A DNA stretch of 64,000 nucleotides from Nitrosopumilaceae archaeon (GTDB lineage: Archaea > Thermoproteota > Nitrososphaeria > Nitrososphaerales > Nitrosopumilaceae). The stretch covers positions 800,001 through 864,000 of the forward strand of contig CBDBCR010000001.1 in assembly GCA_965203465.1 (NCBI GenBank), given 5' to 3'. The notes below the pieces were generated by a model. It was given only the letters and a program-made list of their open reading frames with translations, ran no database searches and was not told the origin of the DNA. Position 1 is the stretch's first letter, and each line of letters starts with the position of its first letter. The position numbers and the translations under genes were made by a program. Below, one piece after another: positions 18,547-28,726 of this stretch.

Positions 18547-18893
18547 TCAGCACTTTACCTTGTACGGCACCGTTTCTAGAACCACGCCGTTTTCCGGCGT
18601 TTTGAGCTTTGACTCCATCTTGCCTGCAAGCGAAGCCTCATGCTCTTGCTCGAACTGCCCCAAGCCCGCGTCGCCTTGCGGATCTCGGCCTCGACTTCAT
18701 CCTTCGTGTCGCTTATAGACCTTGGACGCGATCAGCACGTCCATCTCTTGCGGATCTCGGCCTCGACTTCATCCTTCGTGTCGCCCTCTGCTATCACGGC
18801 CGGAATCTGGAGAACGCGCCCGGTCAGGTTGCCGCCCTCGTGTTTCTTGAGCAGGTATGCGAACTCGTGCTCGCACCCAGAATGGTATCCCAT
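18547..18893 (-). pseudogene. HicB-like antitoxin, disrupted by a duplication-insertion and a frameshift
   Basis: GRVLQIPAVIAEGDTKDEVEAEI is the HicB core. A 38-bp segment is duplicated around a 34-bp insert. C-terminus GQFEQEH...YKVKC* lies in another frame. Confidence 0.65.
18675..18784. repeat. Two identical 38-bp direct repeats flanking 34 bp of unique sequence
   Basis: cttgcggatctcggcctcgacttcatccttcgtgtcgc at 18675-18712 and 18747-18784. Confidence 0.95.
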
Positions 18894-19097
18894 TACCACA
18901 ACCTCGGAGATGAACTGTTTAAGGCTATCGCGAGGATGTAGCGGCGCGGCAATTCGCCTCCAACGCTGAAGACGATCGCGTGCGGTCACCTTTGCCCTGA
19001 CAACTGTATATGCTGATCTGAGTATATCCCGAGCTGAGTATATACTGAAACGAGAATATACCGCAATAGTTATAGTGACAGTACGAGAGGTCTAGGC

Positions 19098-19580
19098 GTG
19101 GAGATCGTAGTCGGAGACATGGTGACGGGCGAAAACCTGCACGGCCGGGAGCGCGGCTCGGACGTTCTCTGGGAGCCGTATCTTATGCAGCTCGCGCCGG
19201 GCAATCGGCGAGACCGGCTACGGGCGCATGGAACCGACCGGCGACATGGCCGAAAAGGCGTACGAGGAGGCGGTGTGGGGAAAAGGGCGCAAATACTTTG
19301 CGTGGTACCGCGACAGACTTGGAGCAGAGTTTCCGTCCGACAGCTGCCGCCGGGCAGCCGATTACATTTTGGACAGCATGCAGCAGGCCGGTGCGCGGAT
19401 CTGGATCTGAAAATGGCGTTCCGCAACGAAGCGCAGTACGACGAGCCGGTCGAGTTCAGCCGCATAATCAACAAACTCCGGGACGGTTTCTACATCACGG
19501 GCGGTCCGACCTACGTGTTTGCCACCAAAATTCTGCGGTACTGGTGGGCAAGGGAGAGGGATCTTGATGCAGGTCTTTAA
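19098..19580 (+). pseudogene. Internally deleted, frameshifted archaeal-type ATPase (first gene of an ATPase pair)
   Basis: N-terminus VGDMVTGENLHGRER and C-terminus FYITGGPTYVFATKILRYWW are present. The P-loop is missing and the middle part is in another frame (19228-19410). Confidence 0.55.
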
Positions 19581-21898
19581 GTTCACGCCGGACTTTATGG
19601 ACGCAGAGCAGATCGAGGCCATCGCCGTTGGCAGAAAGGGGCTCTTGTCCCACTCGGCGGGAAAGATACGCAACGCCGCGCGGGACGGGCGCACGATAAA
19701 CATGATATTTGTGGGGCCGCGCGGCATCGGCAAGAGCCACACGGCGCTTAGGTTGGCGTACGAGCTGAGTAGCGGAGGAGCAGTAACGCTGGCCCAGCTG
19801 TCGGAAGAAGAGTATTCCGTCTCGTCGCTGGAAGGGTTTTTCTCAAGGGTTCTGGACGTGCTGGGCGAGCAGGGCCCGAACGACGCAGAGCAAGGCCAGG
19901 GTGCCGTGGAGCGGGCCCGCGCGGTATTCGCAGAATACCGCAAGCGGGGCAGGCCGGTCGCGATACTGGCCGAAAACTTGCAGACGCTTTTTTCCGAGAT
20001 GGAGCAGGATCTGCCAACCCTGCGCTCGATAATACTGGAGGATCAGAGCTTTTTCATCATAGGGACTGCGCTGTCCGAATTTGATCAGATCACCTCGCCG
20101 GCGGCCGCGTTTTACAACTTTTTCGAGATAAACAGGCTGAGGGGCCTGAGTGCGGGCGAGATTGCCGAGCTGGTGGATCTGAGGCTGAAGGGGGCAGGCG
20201 AGGAGCCGCGCGGTTTTGACGTAAATCCGGCCGGGTTGCGCATACTGACCGGCGGAAACCCGAGGCTAGTCCACATGCTGTGCGACATAATGGTGCAGAA
20301 AAAGTCCGGCCACGATCTTGAAAAAGACTTGATGGGCATGCTGGACCGCCTGACCCCCTTTTACCAGGCGAGGGTGGAGGCCATGCCCCCGGAAAAACGC
20401 AGAGTCTTCGAGGCGCTGGCGCTCTCGGACGGCCCCTCCACGCCCACCGAGATCGCAGGCAGGATGGGGTCTAAAAACACTACCGTGACCGCGCACTTGG
20501 CGCGGCTCAGAAACGACGGGGTCGTCGAGAGGATAAAACTGCGGCGGAAAAAAGAGACCCGGTACCAGATAAGCGATCGCCTGTACCGGGTCTGGCGGGA
20601 GTTCAGGACGCGCGGCGGGAGGGCAAAGACGATCGCCTTCGTCAGGTTCCTGAAGTTGTGGTATTCACACGAGGGGCTGATAAAGGAATACGACAAAGAG
20701 TCAGATGCCTTGGCGTCCATGCCGACAAGAGATGCGGGCAGGGCGCGGCCCGTACTTTACGCAATGCGCTGCATCCTGAACGCGATGCCGGACGGATCCG
20801 ATCTTTTGGAGGACGCCGTGGGCAAATTCGCCGCCGCGGGAGACTACCGGGGAGCCGAATCTACAATCAAAGAGTTCCGAGACAAGAAAAAAGCCGAGTC
20901 GGGCAGCCTCTTGTCCGTGTACGGCGAGATCGTGGCCAAGAACGCAGAGCTGCGCTTAGTTCCGGACGGCCGGCGAAACGATCACGTCCGCCTCATCCGC
21001 GAAGACATCGCAAAAGCGGATCGCATGATCGAGGCATCCGAAAACACACACGACACGGAAACCTCGCACGCAGTCTCCAGGATAGTCAGATACGCCATGA
21101 AACTGGACTTGGATCTGGCCGGCGCCGTCAACGACCGCGCGCTCGCCCGTATAACAGAGTGCGAGCAGTGCAGGTGCTTTACGCACAACAAGATCTCGAT
21201 CATGGTTGCGCGCAACGACCGCGCCGGCGCCCTGAAAGCGGCCAACCGCGCCCTGAAAGCGAAACAGGATCCGAGCTTGATCGCACTGAGGGCCAGAATA
21301 CACACGTATACGGAATATACGCATATCTTCAACGATCTGGGAGCGGTGCTGCAGACGGTTGGCTCTCCGGGCAGACTCCCAGTATGCCTGCAGCAGTCGA
21401 TAGCTCCCGTCGATAGCTTCGGACATGTACGGTATGTTGCACGAGACGGTCTCCCAAATCGGGGCCATGGAACCAAAAGAGCGCGACGGCGTGGTCGAAT
21501 TCTTTTTGGCGTGCATGATCATCGCGCTGCACGGAGACGCGCCGGAAGGCGGAAACTCCGAAGTCATCGTAGGATGCATTAACCTGCTAAAGCCTCTGGT
21601 CACTTCCGACACAGTGTCTGGCCTCCCTTTGCGCTTTATCTTGGAACACAGCCGCGGCGCAGAGCGGGTCGGGCGCACGCTGGACGTCCTGTTCAAGGCG
21701 CTGGACCGGGACCAGCTCGGGGCGCTGCCGATCCTCAAACGCGCCGTCGACTACATACTGGCCAAAGACGCGGATTCACTGGAGCGCCTCCATCCGGAGC
21801 AGCGGGAGCTTGCCATCGAGATGATCTCGAAGATATCTCCCGACACTGGGATTCCGCAGGAGGCGCTGGATTCGGTGGGCTCGGGCAGGCGGCGTTAG
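19567..21898 (+). pseudogene. STAND-like ATPase with wHTH and helical domains, frameshifted by a 13-bp insertion
   Basis: Walker A GPRGIGKS, ILAENL, TGGNPRL, wHTH STPTEIA..HLARL. Removing 21406-21418 fuses the frame to 21425-21898. Confidence 0.75.
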
Positions 21899-21908
21899 AC
21901 GGGACGTT

Positions 21909-21957
21909 CATGCACGGGCGCGCCGGCCGGGCCATGCACGGGCGCGCCGGCCGGGCC
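21909..21957. repeat. 24-bp tandem duplication at the islet border
   Basis: catgcacgggcgcgccggccgggc at 21909 and 21933. Confidence 0.85.
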
Positions 21958-22007
21958 GCGGCGCCGGACGCTAGGTATTTACCAAAACGGCGCGCGCCGC
22001 GCGCACG

Positions 22008-24467
22008 TTGGAATTCATAAGCTCGGCGCTCGGCTCGGTGGCGCTGCGCCAAGAGCCGCCGCCCATGCTTATAGGCGAGCGGCTCAACGCGCAGGGCTCG
22101 CGCAGGGCCAAGCGCCTGGTCCTGGAGGGGGACATCGACGGGCTGGTCGACATCGCGAGGGACCAGGTGGAGGGGGGCGCGCACTGCCTCGACGTGTGCG
22201 TGGCCACCACCGAACGGTCCGACGAGCTGGAGATGATGGCCTCGCTGGTAAAGCGGCTCAGCCTCGAGGTCGAGGCGCCGCTGGTCATCGATTCTACGGA
22301 TCCGGCCGTGGTCGAGGAGGCGGTGCGGCGCACGCCGGGCCTGCCCATGATAAACTCGATAAACTTGGAGGGGGACGGGAGCAGGTTCTCAAGGCTCGCG
22401 CCGGTCATGAAAAAGTACGGCGTGCCGGCCGTCGCGCTGTGCATCGGGCCGGACGGCATGGCAAAGACGCCGGCGCAAAAGCTCGCCACGGCCCGGCTGC
22501 TACGCGGGGCCGGCGAGGAGCTCGGGCTGCGCGGCGGGCAGTACGTGTTCGACGTGCTCACCTTCACGCTCGGCACCGGCGAGGCCGAGTTCGCCGACGC
22601 CGGCAAGAGCACCCTCGAGGGCCTGCGCGCCGTAAAGGGGGAGTTTCCGGATTCCTTCACGACGCTGGGCCTGAGCAACGTCAGCTTTGGCCTGCAGCCG
22701 GCCGCGCGCAGGGCGCTAAACTCGGCGTTCCTGTACCACGCCGTCGAGCACGGCCTCGATTCTGCCATAGTCAACCCGCGCGAGATAACCCCGTACGCGC
22801 AGCTGGGCAGGGCGGACAGGGACGCGGCCGAAAAGCTCATCTACAACACCTCGGAGGGGGCCCTGGCCGAGTTCGTCGCGCGCTTCGATGGGGGCTCGGA
22901 GGCGGCCGGCGCGGCCGCCGAAAAGATAGACGCCTCGCTGCCGCCGGGCAGGCGCGCCAACCTGCGCATCGTCAACCGCGTGCGCGACGGCATAGAGCTG
23001 GACGTGGCCGCCGCCGTGGCAGAGCGCTCGTCGCTGCCCCTCTCGGGGGGCAGGCCCGAGGCGCCCGCCGAGGCCACGCACGAGGGGGCCATCGCCGTGC
23101 TCAACGAGGATCTGCTGCCGGCCATGAAGGAGGTCGGCGACAAGTTCGGCGCCGGCGAGCTGATACTGCCCTTCGTGCTGCGCTCTGCCGAGTGCATGAA
23201 GGCGGCCGTCTCGGAGCTGGAAAGGTACCTAGTCAAGGAAAAGGGCTCGACCAAGGGGCGGCTCGTGCTCGGGACCGTCTACGGCGACGTGCACGACATC
23301 GGCAAGAACCTGGTAAAGACCATATTCGAGAACAACGGGTACACCGTCTACGACCTGGGCAAGCAGGTGCCCGTCCAAAAGTTCGCCGACAAGATAGCCG
23401 AGGTGGGCGCCGACGCGGTCGGCCTCTCGGCGCTGCTCGTCTCCACGTCCAAGCAGATGGAGGAGTTCGTGGACAGGGCGCGCCTCGACGGCATGGGCGT
23501 GCCGGTGCTGTGCGGGGGGGCGGCCATAAACAGCTCTTACATCTACAGGATAGCCAAAAAGGGCGGCGTGTACGAGCCGGGCGTGTTCTACTGCAAGACC
23601 ATGTTCGAGGGGCTGCGGACCATGGACGCGCTCGTCTCGGGGGGCAGGGGCGAGCTGATGCGCGCCTGGCGGCAGAGGCTCGAGGCGTGGAAGCCGGCGC
23701 CGGCGAGGCCCGCGCCGGAAAAGCTGCCGCGCAGCTCTGTGCGGCCCGCGGAGCCGCCGGCGGCCCCGCGCCTGGCCGAGCCGGTGCGGTTGGGCCCCGA
23801 GGACATCGACATGGGGCAGGTCTGGGAGCTGATGGACGAAAAGGCGCTCATAAAGATGTCCTGGGGCGTGCAGGGCAGGGCAGGCGCCCCCCAGCAGGCC
23901 CCGCACGAGCAGATATTCCGCGAGTGGAAGGGGCGCGTGATAAATGAGGGGCTGCTAGAGCCGTCGGCGGTGTACTGCCACTTTGCCTGCTCTGCGCGCG
24001 GGCAGGTGCTCTCCGTAAAAGGGCCCGGCGGGGATGTCGACTTTGAGTTCCCGCGCTCGGCGCAGCCGAGACATCTGTGCCTGGCCGACTATTTCGGCGC
24101 CGACGACATCGTGGCCTTCCAGGCGGTCACTGCCGGCAGGCGCGTCTCGGATCTGGTGGGCGAGTGGAACGAGCGGGGCATGTACGCCGACGCGTACTAC
24201 CTGCACGGGATCGGGGTGCAGTTTGCAGAGGCGATGGCAGAGTGGGTCCACCGGAAGATACGCTCAGAGTGGGGCCGGCGCGGCGGCCTGCGGTACAGCT
24301 GGGGCTATGCAAGCTGCCCCGACGTGGCGCAACACGAGCTGGTCTGGAAGCTGCTGCGCCCGGAAAAGTCGGGCATGGAACTTACGGGGGCCGGCCAGAT
24401 AGTGCCCGAGCAGTCGACCGCCGCCGTGGTGGTGCACCACCCCGAGGCGACGTACTTTAGCCTCTAG
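22008..24467 (+). CDS. metH: Methionine synthase: pterin-binding, cobalamin-binding and reactivation modules
   Basis: IGERLN, GLSNVSFG, GDVHDIGKN, RYSWGY.SCPD and PEQST. Confidence 0.92.
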   Translation: MEFISSALGSVALRQEPPPMLIGERLNAQGSRRAKRLVLEGDIDGLVDIARDQVEGGAHCLDVCVATTERSDELEMMASLVKRLSLEVEAPLVIDSTDPAVVEEAVRRTPGLPMINSINLEGDGSRFSRLAPVMKKYGVPAVALCIGPDGMAKTPAQKLATARLLRGAGEELGLRGGQYVFDVLTFTLGTGEAEFADAGKSTLEGLRAVKGEFPDSFTTLGLSNVSFGLQPAARRALNSAFLYHAVEHGLDSAIVNPREITPYAQLGRADRDAAEKLIYNTSEGALAEFVARFDGGSEAAGAAAEKIDASLPPGRRANLRIVNRVRDGIELDVAAAVAERSSLPLSGGRPEAPAEATHEGAIAVLNEDLLPAMKEVGDKFGAGELILPFVLRSAECMKAAVSELERYLVKEKGSTKGRLVLGTVYGDVHDIGKNLVKTIFENNGYTVYDLGKQVPVQKFADKIAEVGADAVGLSALLVSTSKQMEEFVDRARLDGMGVPVLCGGAAINSSYIYRIAKKGGVYEPGVFYCKTMFEGLRTMDALVSGGRGELMRAWRQRLEAWKPAPARPAPEKLPRSSVRPAEPPAAPRLAEPVRLGPEDIDMGQVWELMDEKALIKMSWGVQGRAGAPQQAPHEQIFREWKGRVINEGLLEPSAVYCHFACSARGQVLSVKGPGGDVDFEFPRSAQPRHLCLADYFGADDIVAFQAVTAGRRVSDLVGEWNERGMYADAYYLHGIGVQFAEAMAEWVHRKIRSEWGRRGGLRYSWGYASCPDVAQHELVWKLLRPEKSGMELTGAGQIVPEQSTAAVVVHHPEATYFSL

Positions 24468-25155
24468 ACAAAAACTCCAGCAGCCCGGCGTAGTCGGACG
24501 GCGAGCTGAGCAGAACGTCGCCGGTCAGCTCCTGCAGCTCTGCCAGCGTGCCGCCAAAGTCGTAGGATGTCTCGAGGCCTAGCATGCGCGCCGACGGCGC
24601 GTTCTTTTCCGACGGGAACATCAGCACCGGTATTATTTTGAAGCCGGGCAGGTGCGAGAGCAGGCCGCGCACCTGGCCGGCGGAGCTGACCACCTGCGTG
24701 ACGAAGCCGTCTGGGCGCGCGGCCGACTTTGCGTCTATGGCGCGCCCGGACGGCTCTGCCGGAATCGAAAGGTACGTCTTTAGGCCCGACCGGCGCAGCC
24801 GGGGCAGCGCGCGGCTGGGCCTTTGTCCAGAATCTTTTCCGCCGTCCCTGCGCGGATCGCCCATGACGGCCAGTATCCCCGAGACGCCGGCCTCGGAGCA
24901 CCTCTCGGCGAACTCGTCTATCTGGCCGGGATCCCTGTCGCGCACGCGCATGCTGACGGTAATCTCGACGCCGGGCGCCTCTATGGATGCGATGCCTGCT
25001 ATCTCGAGCGGCGAGACCCTCGGGCGGCCTAGCACGTTCTCGGTGATGTGGACGGCCCCGCAGTGCCTGGACATCTCCCTTATGCGCCGGACCGTCCGCT
25101 GCACGGCCCCCGAATCCGCCGAGACCTTGGGCGGGTTGACCTCGTACCTTATCAC
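24457..25155 (-). CDS. metF: Methylenetetrahydrofolate reductase-like protein
   Basis: YEVNPPK, HITEN, ILAVMGDP and FVTQ. Adjacent to metH. Confidence 0.65.
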   Translation of the reverse strand: MIRYEVNPPKVSADSGAVQRTVRRIREMSRHCGAVHITENVLGRPRVSPLEIAGIASIEAPGVEITVSMRVRDRDPGQIDEFAERCSEAGVSGILAVMGDPRRDGGKDSGQRPSRALPRLRRSGLKTYLSIPAEPSGRAIDAKSAARPDGFVTQVVSSAGQVRGLLSHLPGFKIIPVLMFPSEKNAPSARMLGLETSYDFGGTLAELQELTGDVLLSSPSDYAGLLEFLSRG

Positions 25156-25213
25156 GCACGCGCCCCCGGCGGGGCCCGATAAAACCTTTGAAGAGGGCCC
25201 GCCTGGGGCCCCC

Positions 25214-25717
25214 GTGGATCCGCGCGCCGTGCCGGTCTTGCCCGTGGGCACCTCCCGGCTGCCCCCCGGCTCGCCGTCGGCCGTGCTCGTGGCGCTGTAC
25301 GGCGAGGCGCCGCGCGTGCTGATGATAGTAAAGTCTGGCAAGCTGCGCCGGCACGCAGGCGAGGTGGCCTTTCCGGGGGGCCGGGCCGAGCCGCAGGACG
25401 CCGACCTGCTCGAGACGGCCCTGCGCGAGACGCGCGAGGAGCTGGGCCTCGAGGTTGAGCGCGCCCGCGTGCGCGGCGAGCTGGCGCCGGTCCGCACGCT
25501 CGGCTCCAACTTTGCGGTCATGCCCTTCGTGGCCGCGCTGGACAGGCTGCCCCAGCTGTCGCCTAGCGGCGAGGTGGACAGGGTGCTGCGCATACCGCTC
25601 GGGCCGCTGCTCGAAACCGCGGATCCCGAACGCGGCACGTTCGAGTTCGGGGGGCGCGTGATCTGGGGCGCGTCGGCGCGGATACTGCAGCAGCTGGCCG
25701 GCGGGGCGCGGGCGTGA
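25214..25717 (+). CDS. Nudix hydrolase, CoA-pyrophosphatase type
   Basis: LRRHAGEVAFPGG...ETALRETREELGL and IWGASARIL. Confidence 0.85.
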   Translation: MDPRAVPVLPVGTSRLPPGSPSAVLVALYGEAPRVLMIVKSGKLRRHAGEVAFPGGRAEPQDADLLETALRETREELGLEVERARVRGELAPVRTLGSNFAVMPFVAALDRLPQLSPSGEVDRVLRIPLGPLLETADPERGTFEFGGRVIWGASARILQQLAGGARA

Positions 25718-25745
25718 CGATCCCGGCAGCGGCCCGCGCATGTCG

Positions 25746-25928
25746 GGCCAACCCGGATTGAAGCGCGCAGTTGCCGGTCCGAGCAGTTCCCGTTCTGGCG
25801 GTCATGGAAGATTTCGCCCATGCCTGCCTGGCGTGTGGCGGGCGAGGCGGAATTTTCAACGCCTGCCAGAATGGGCATCTTTACCGGCGCAGGTCAGGCC
25901 AACCCGGATTGAAGCGCGCAGTTGCCGG
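25746..25928. repeat. Intergenic 32-bp direct repeat x2, period 151
   Basis: ggccaacccggattgaagcgcgcagttgccgg at 25746 and 25897. Confidence 0.9.
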
Positions 25929-26317
25929 GCCGCGCCAAGCAACGCCGGGCGGAGCGGAACGGGGGCGCGAAAGGCGCCGCGCGCCATCGGGCCAGGACTC
26001 GTTTCCCGCCGGTTTCGTATCCGGGCCGGCTCCGGGAGATCTGGAGAACAGAGGCGCACCGCCACGCGCACCGCACGCACGAGTGGCGGGCCGGGAGGCC
26101 GGGCCCGGTGTCCCGGGCTATGCCAGTCGGCTGCATCGTGCCGCCCGGCGCCGACTTTGCCGGCGCGTTCTGCCGCCCGGGGAGGCAGGCCCTCGCACTT
26201 GCCGCCGAACCCGCGAAAGCGCCGGAATCCGGCGCTGGGGGCGATTCGCGGGGGAATCTTGCGACTACCCCAGCCAAAACGCGCTCTTTATTACTCGCCG
26301 CGCTGAGGGCAGGAAAG

Positions 26318-28333
26318 TTGAAGGCGATGATGGCTGCCGCGCTGCTGGCCGCGCTGTTCTGGGCGCTGCCGGCCGAGGCCCAGGACGGGACGAAGTTTCT
26401 TGCGCTGCGCTGGGATCTGGTAGAGACGGTCACGCTCACGGACGCGGGCGGCGGGGTCGAGATCAGGGCGAGCGGCCAGTGGCGGGAAGGGATGTCCGCG
26501 TCGCTGACCGGCCCCGACGGCAGAGTTCACGCGCTGGACCTGCAGGACCTGGACGGCAGGTTCGTGCTCGAGGCCTCGGCGCCCGGCGGGCCCTGGTCGC
26601 CCGACGGGCTGCACGCGCTCGTCTTCGAGGGGGGCGGGGCGCGCGACGAGGTGCCGGTCGAGCTGAGCGGAGGGGCATTGGCTCCCGGATTCGGGGCCGC
26701 CTCGCGCTCGGGCGAGACCGTCACGTTCCGGACGTGGGACATGATAACGAGGGCCTCGGTAGAGTCGAGGGGAGGCGCCGACACGGTCGAGATCGAGGCG
26801 CAGACGGGCAGGACATCGCCGGTCACCGCAAAGCTTCTTCTCCCTGACGGCTCGCTGTCCGTGCTGGACGTAATAGCGCCCGACGGCCGGTACTCGTTTT
26901 CGGCCGCGGTGGGCGGCCAGCTCTGGTCGCAGGACGGCGACTATACCCTGCTCTTGGAGCAGCCCGGGAGCCCGCCGTACCGCGACGACCTGATACTGCC
27001 GGTCTCCGGGGGAGCGGTGGCGCTGCCCGTCGAGCCGTACCCCCGGGACGAGCTTACATATTCGGAGCGCTGGTCCGAGGTGGAGCGCGTCTCGGTCTCG
27101 GCCGAATCGCTGTCTGTGGCGGGGAGCTCGGAGCGGGAGCTGAGGGTGTCGCTTCTTTCGCCCGGCGGCGTCTCGGTGCCGCTCGGCACGGTCGGGCCGG
27201 GGGAGTTTTCTGCCCGGTACGGCATGAACGCGCCGGAGCCGGGCGCGTACGTGGTGCAGTTCGGCGAGCCGGGCGACGAGCTGATCGCGTACCTTGGGAT
27301 AAAGGGGGCCGGGGAGTATTTCGAGGCCGAAAGGTGGGTTATGCTGGAGCGCGCCGCGGTGGTCTCCGGCGAGCCGGACGCCGTGGAACTGAGCGGCTCG
27401 ACGGACAGGGCCGCGCCGGTCTCTGTACTTTTGGCCGGGCCCGACGGGCAGATCGAGCGGCTGCCGCCCGTCGTACCCAAAGGCGGCAAGTTCTCGATCT
27501 CGGCGCCGGTGCCCGTCTGGAAGGACGGCATGTACGCCGTGTCCGTAGAGCAGCCCGGAAGCCCGCCGTACCTGGACATCTATGCGGTCTCCGCGGAGTC
27601 GGGCCGGCCGGTGAGCACCGTTCACGTCGGGGACGTAAAGGCCTCGGGGGCGCGCTGGTCTGCCGTGGAAAAAGTCTCGGTGCGCGGCTCGACGGTATCG
27701 ATCTCGGGCTCGTCGGAGAACGACCTGCGCGCGCGCGCCAGCCTGCCCGACGGAAGCCTCGCAGACGTCGGACAGATCCGGTCTGAGGGCGGCGCCGTCT
27801 CGCTGGAACTGGACGCCTCGGAGGAGCCGTGGAACGGGAGCGGCGCGTACGCGCTGATACTGGAGGGGCCGGGCGTGCGCGACGTGGTGCCGCTCCTGAT
27901 GGAGGGGGGCCGGGCCGCGCCCGGATTCGGGCAGGGCGACGAGGCCTCGCTCAAGGCTTGGGATCTGATACGGAGCGCCTCGGTGCAGAGGCAGGGCGGC
28001 TCGGACGTGCTGTTCGTGCGCGGCTCGGCTGCCGGGCCGGTCGCCGTCGCGCTCCTGCCGCCCGGCGGCGAGCCGGCGGAGCTGGCCACGGCCGAGCCGG
28101 ACGGCGGCGAGTTTTCCGTGGAGATAACAGTGGGCGGCAGCGCCTGGTCGCGCGACGGCGTCTATGCGGTGGCCTTTGAGCAGGGCGAGCCGCCGCTGCG
28201 CGACCACCTGTACCTGGAGGTCTCGGGCGGCTCGGTGGTGCCCGAGTTCGGGGCCGCCTTTGCCGCGCTGGCCGCCGCCTCGGGGGCCGCGCTGGCCGCG
28301 CGGCTGGCGCCCAGAATTCAAATACGGGCCTGA
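26318..28333 (+). CDS. Secreted PEFG-CTERM cell-surface protein with about six beta-rich repeats
   Basis: Signal peptide ending AEA, repeated W..VE...LLxPxG...FS...W..DG.Y units, and C-terminal VVPEFG plus TM and basic tail. Confidence 0.85.
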   Translation: MKAMMAAALLAALFWALPAEAQDGTKFLALRWDLVETVTLTDAGGGVEIRASGQWREGMSASLTGPDGRVHALDLQDLDGRFVLEASAPGGPWSPDGLHALVFEGGGARDEVPVELSGGALAPGFGAASRSGETVTFRTWDMITRASVESRGGADTVEIEAQTGRTSPVTAKLLLPDGSLSVLDVIAPDGRYSFSAAVGGQLWSQDGDYTLLLEQPGSPPYRDDLILPVSGGAVALPVEPYPRDELTYSERWSEVERVSVSAESLSVAGSSERELRVSLLSPGGVSVPLGTVGPGEFSARYGMNAPEPGAYVVQFGEPGDELIAYLGIKGAGEYFEAERWVMLERAAVVSGEPDAVELSGSTDRAAPVSVLLAGPDGQIERLPPVVPKGGKFSISAPVPVWKDGMYAVSVEQPGSPPYLDIYAVSAESGRPVSTVHVGDVKASGARWSAVEKVSVRGSTVSISGSSENDLRARASLPDGSLADVGQIRSEGGAVSLELDASEEPWNGSGAYALILEGPGVRDVVPLLMEGGRAAPGFGQGDEASLKAWDLIRSASVQRQGGSDVLFVRGSAAGPVAVALLPPGGEPAELATAEPDGGEFSVEITVGGSAWSRDGVYAVAFEQGEPPLRDHLYLEVSGGSVVPEFGAAFAALAAASGAALAARLAPRIQIRA

Positions 28334-28345
28334 AAAGGGGCGGGT

Positions 28346-28443
28346 GCAGGAGTATCAAAGCCCGGCCAACTGAGAGGGACTCAAGATCCCGTTGGGAAAT
28401 CCCTTCTCTTAGGAGTTCGTGGGTTCGAATCCCACCTCCTGCA
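28346..28443 (+). tRNA. tRNA-Leu(CAA) with a short (about 13 nt) 37/38 intron
   Basis: GCAGGAG...CTCCTGCA acceptor, AGGGA-CTCAAG[intron]A-TCCCT, long variable arm and GGTTCGAATCC. Confidence 0.9.
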
Positions 28444-28563
28444 TCACGCTGCTATGCGGCGCAGGCGCGCCACCGAATGGCCGGATATCTCGCCGTGCAT
28501 GCGGGCGTGCTCCTCGGTGCCGAAGACCAGGTCGCACCTGAAGCACTTCCAAGATCTCGACAT
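28444..28563 (-). CDS. Small C2H2 zinc-finger protein (39 aa)
   Basis: WKCFRCDLVF..EEHARMH..ISGH. TTTATAA box upstream. Confidence 0.75.
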   Translation of the reverse strand: MSRSWKCFRCDLVFGTEEHARMHGEISGHSVARLRRIAA

Positions 28564-28726
28564 GCACGCGCTACGTCTTTTTGTGTTATAAAGATCGTGG
28601 ACGAGCTGACCACTCTGGTGTACAAGTATACCCTGCCCCTCCAGAGGCCAAAGCCGGCCCCGCGGGGGGCGGCGCGCGGGCAGGCGCCGCCAAACCAATT
28701 TACGGCGCGCCGCGCAGGCTCCGCGC

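Noticed and set aside
18675-18784. Mini CRISPR array (38-bp repeat, 34-bp spacer)
   Set aside because: Only two repeats, the repeat is hicB coding sequence, and there are no cas genes in the window.
22196-23947. Long alternative-frame and antisense ORFs (also 26291-28321, 51194-53149, 53468-55210 and others)
   Set aside because: Arg/Ala/Gly-rich shadow ORFs expected in high-GC DNA, overlapping clearly identified genes.
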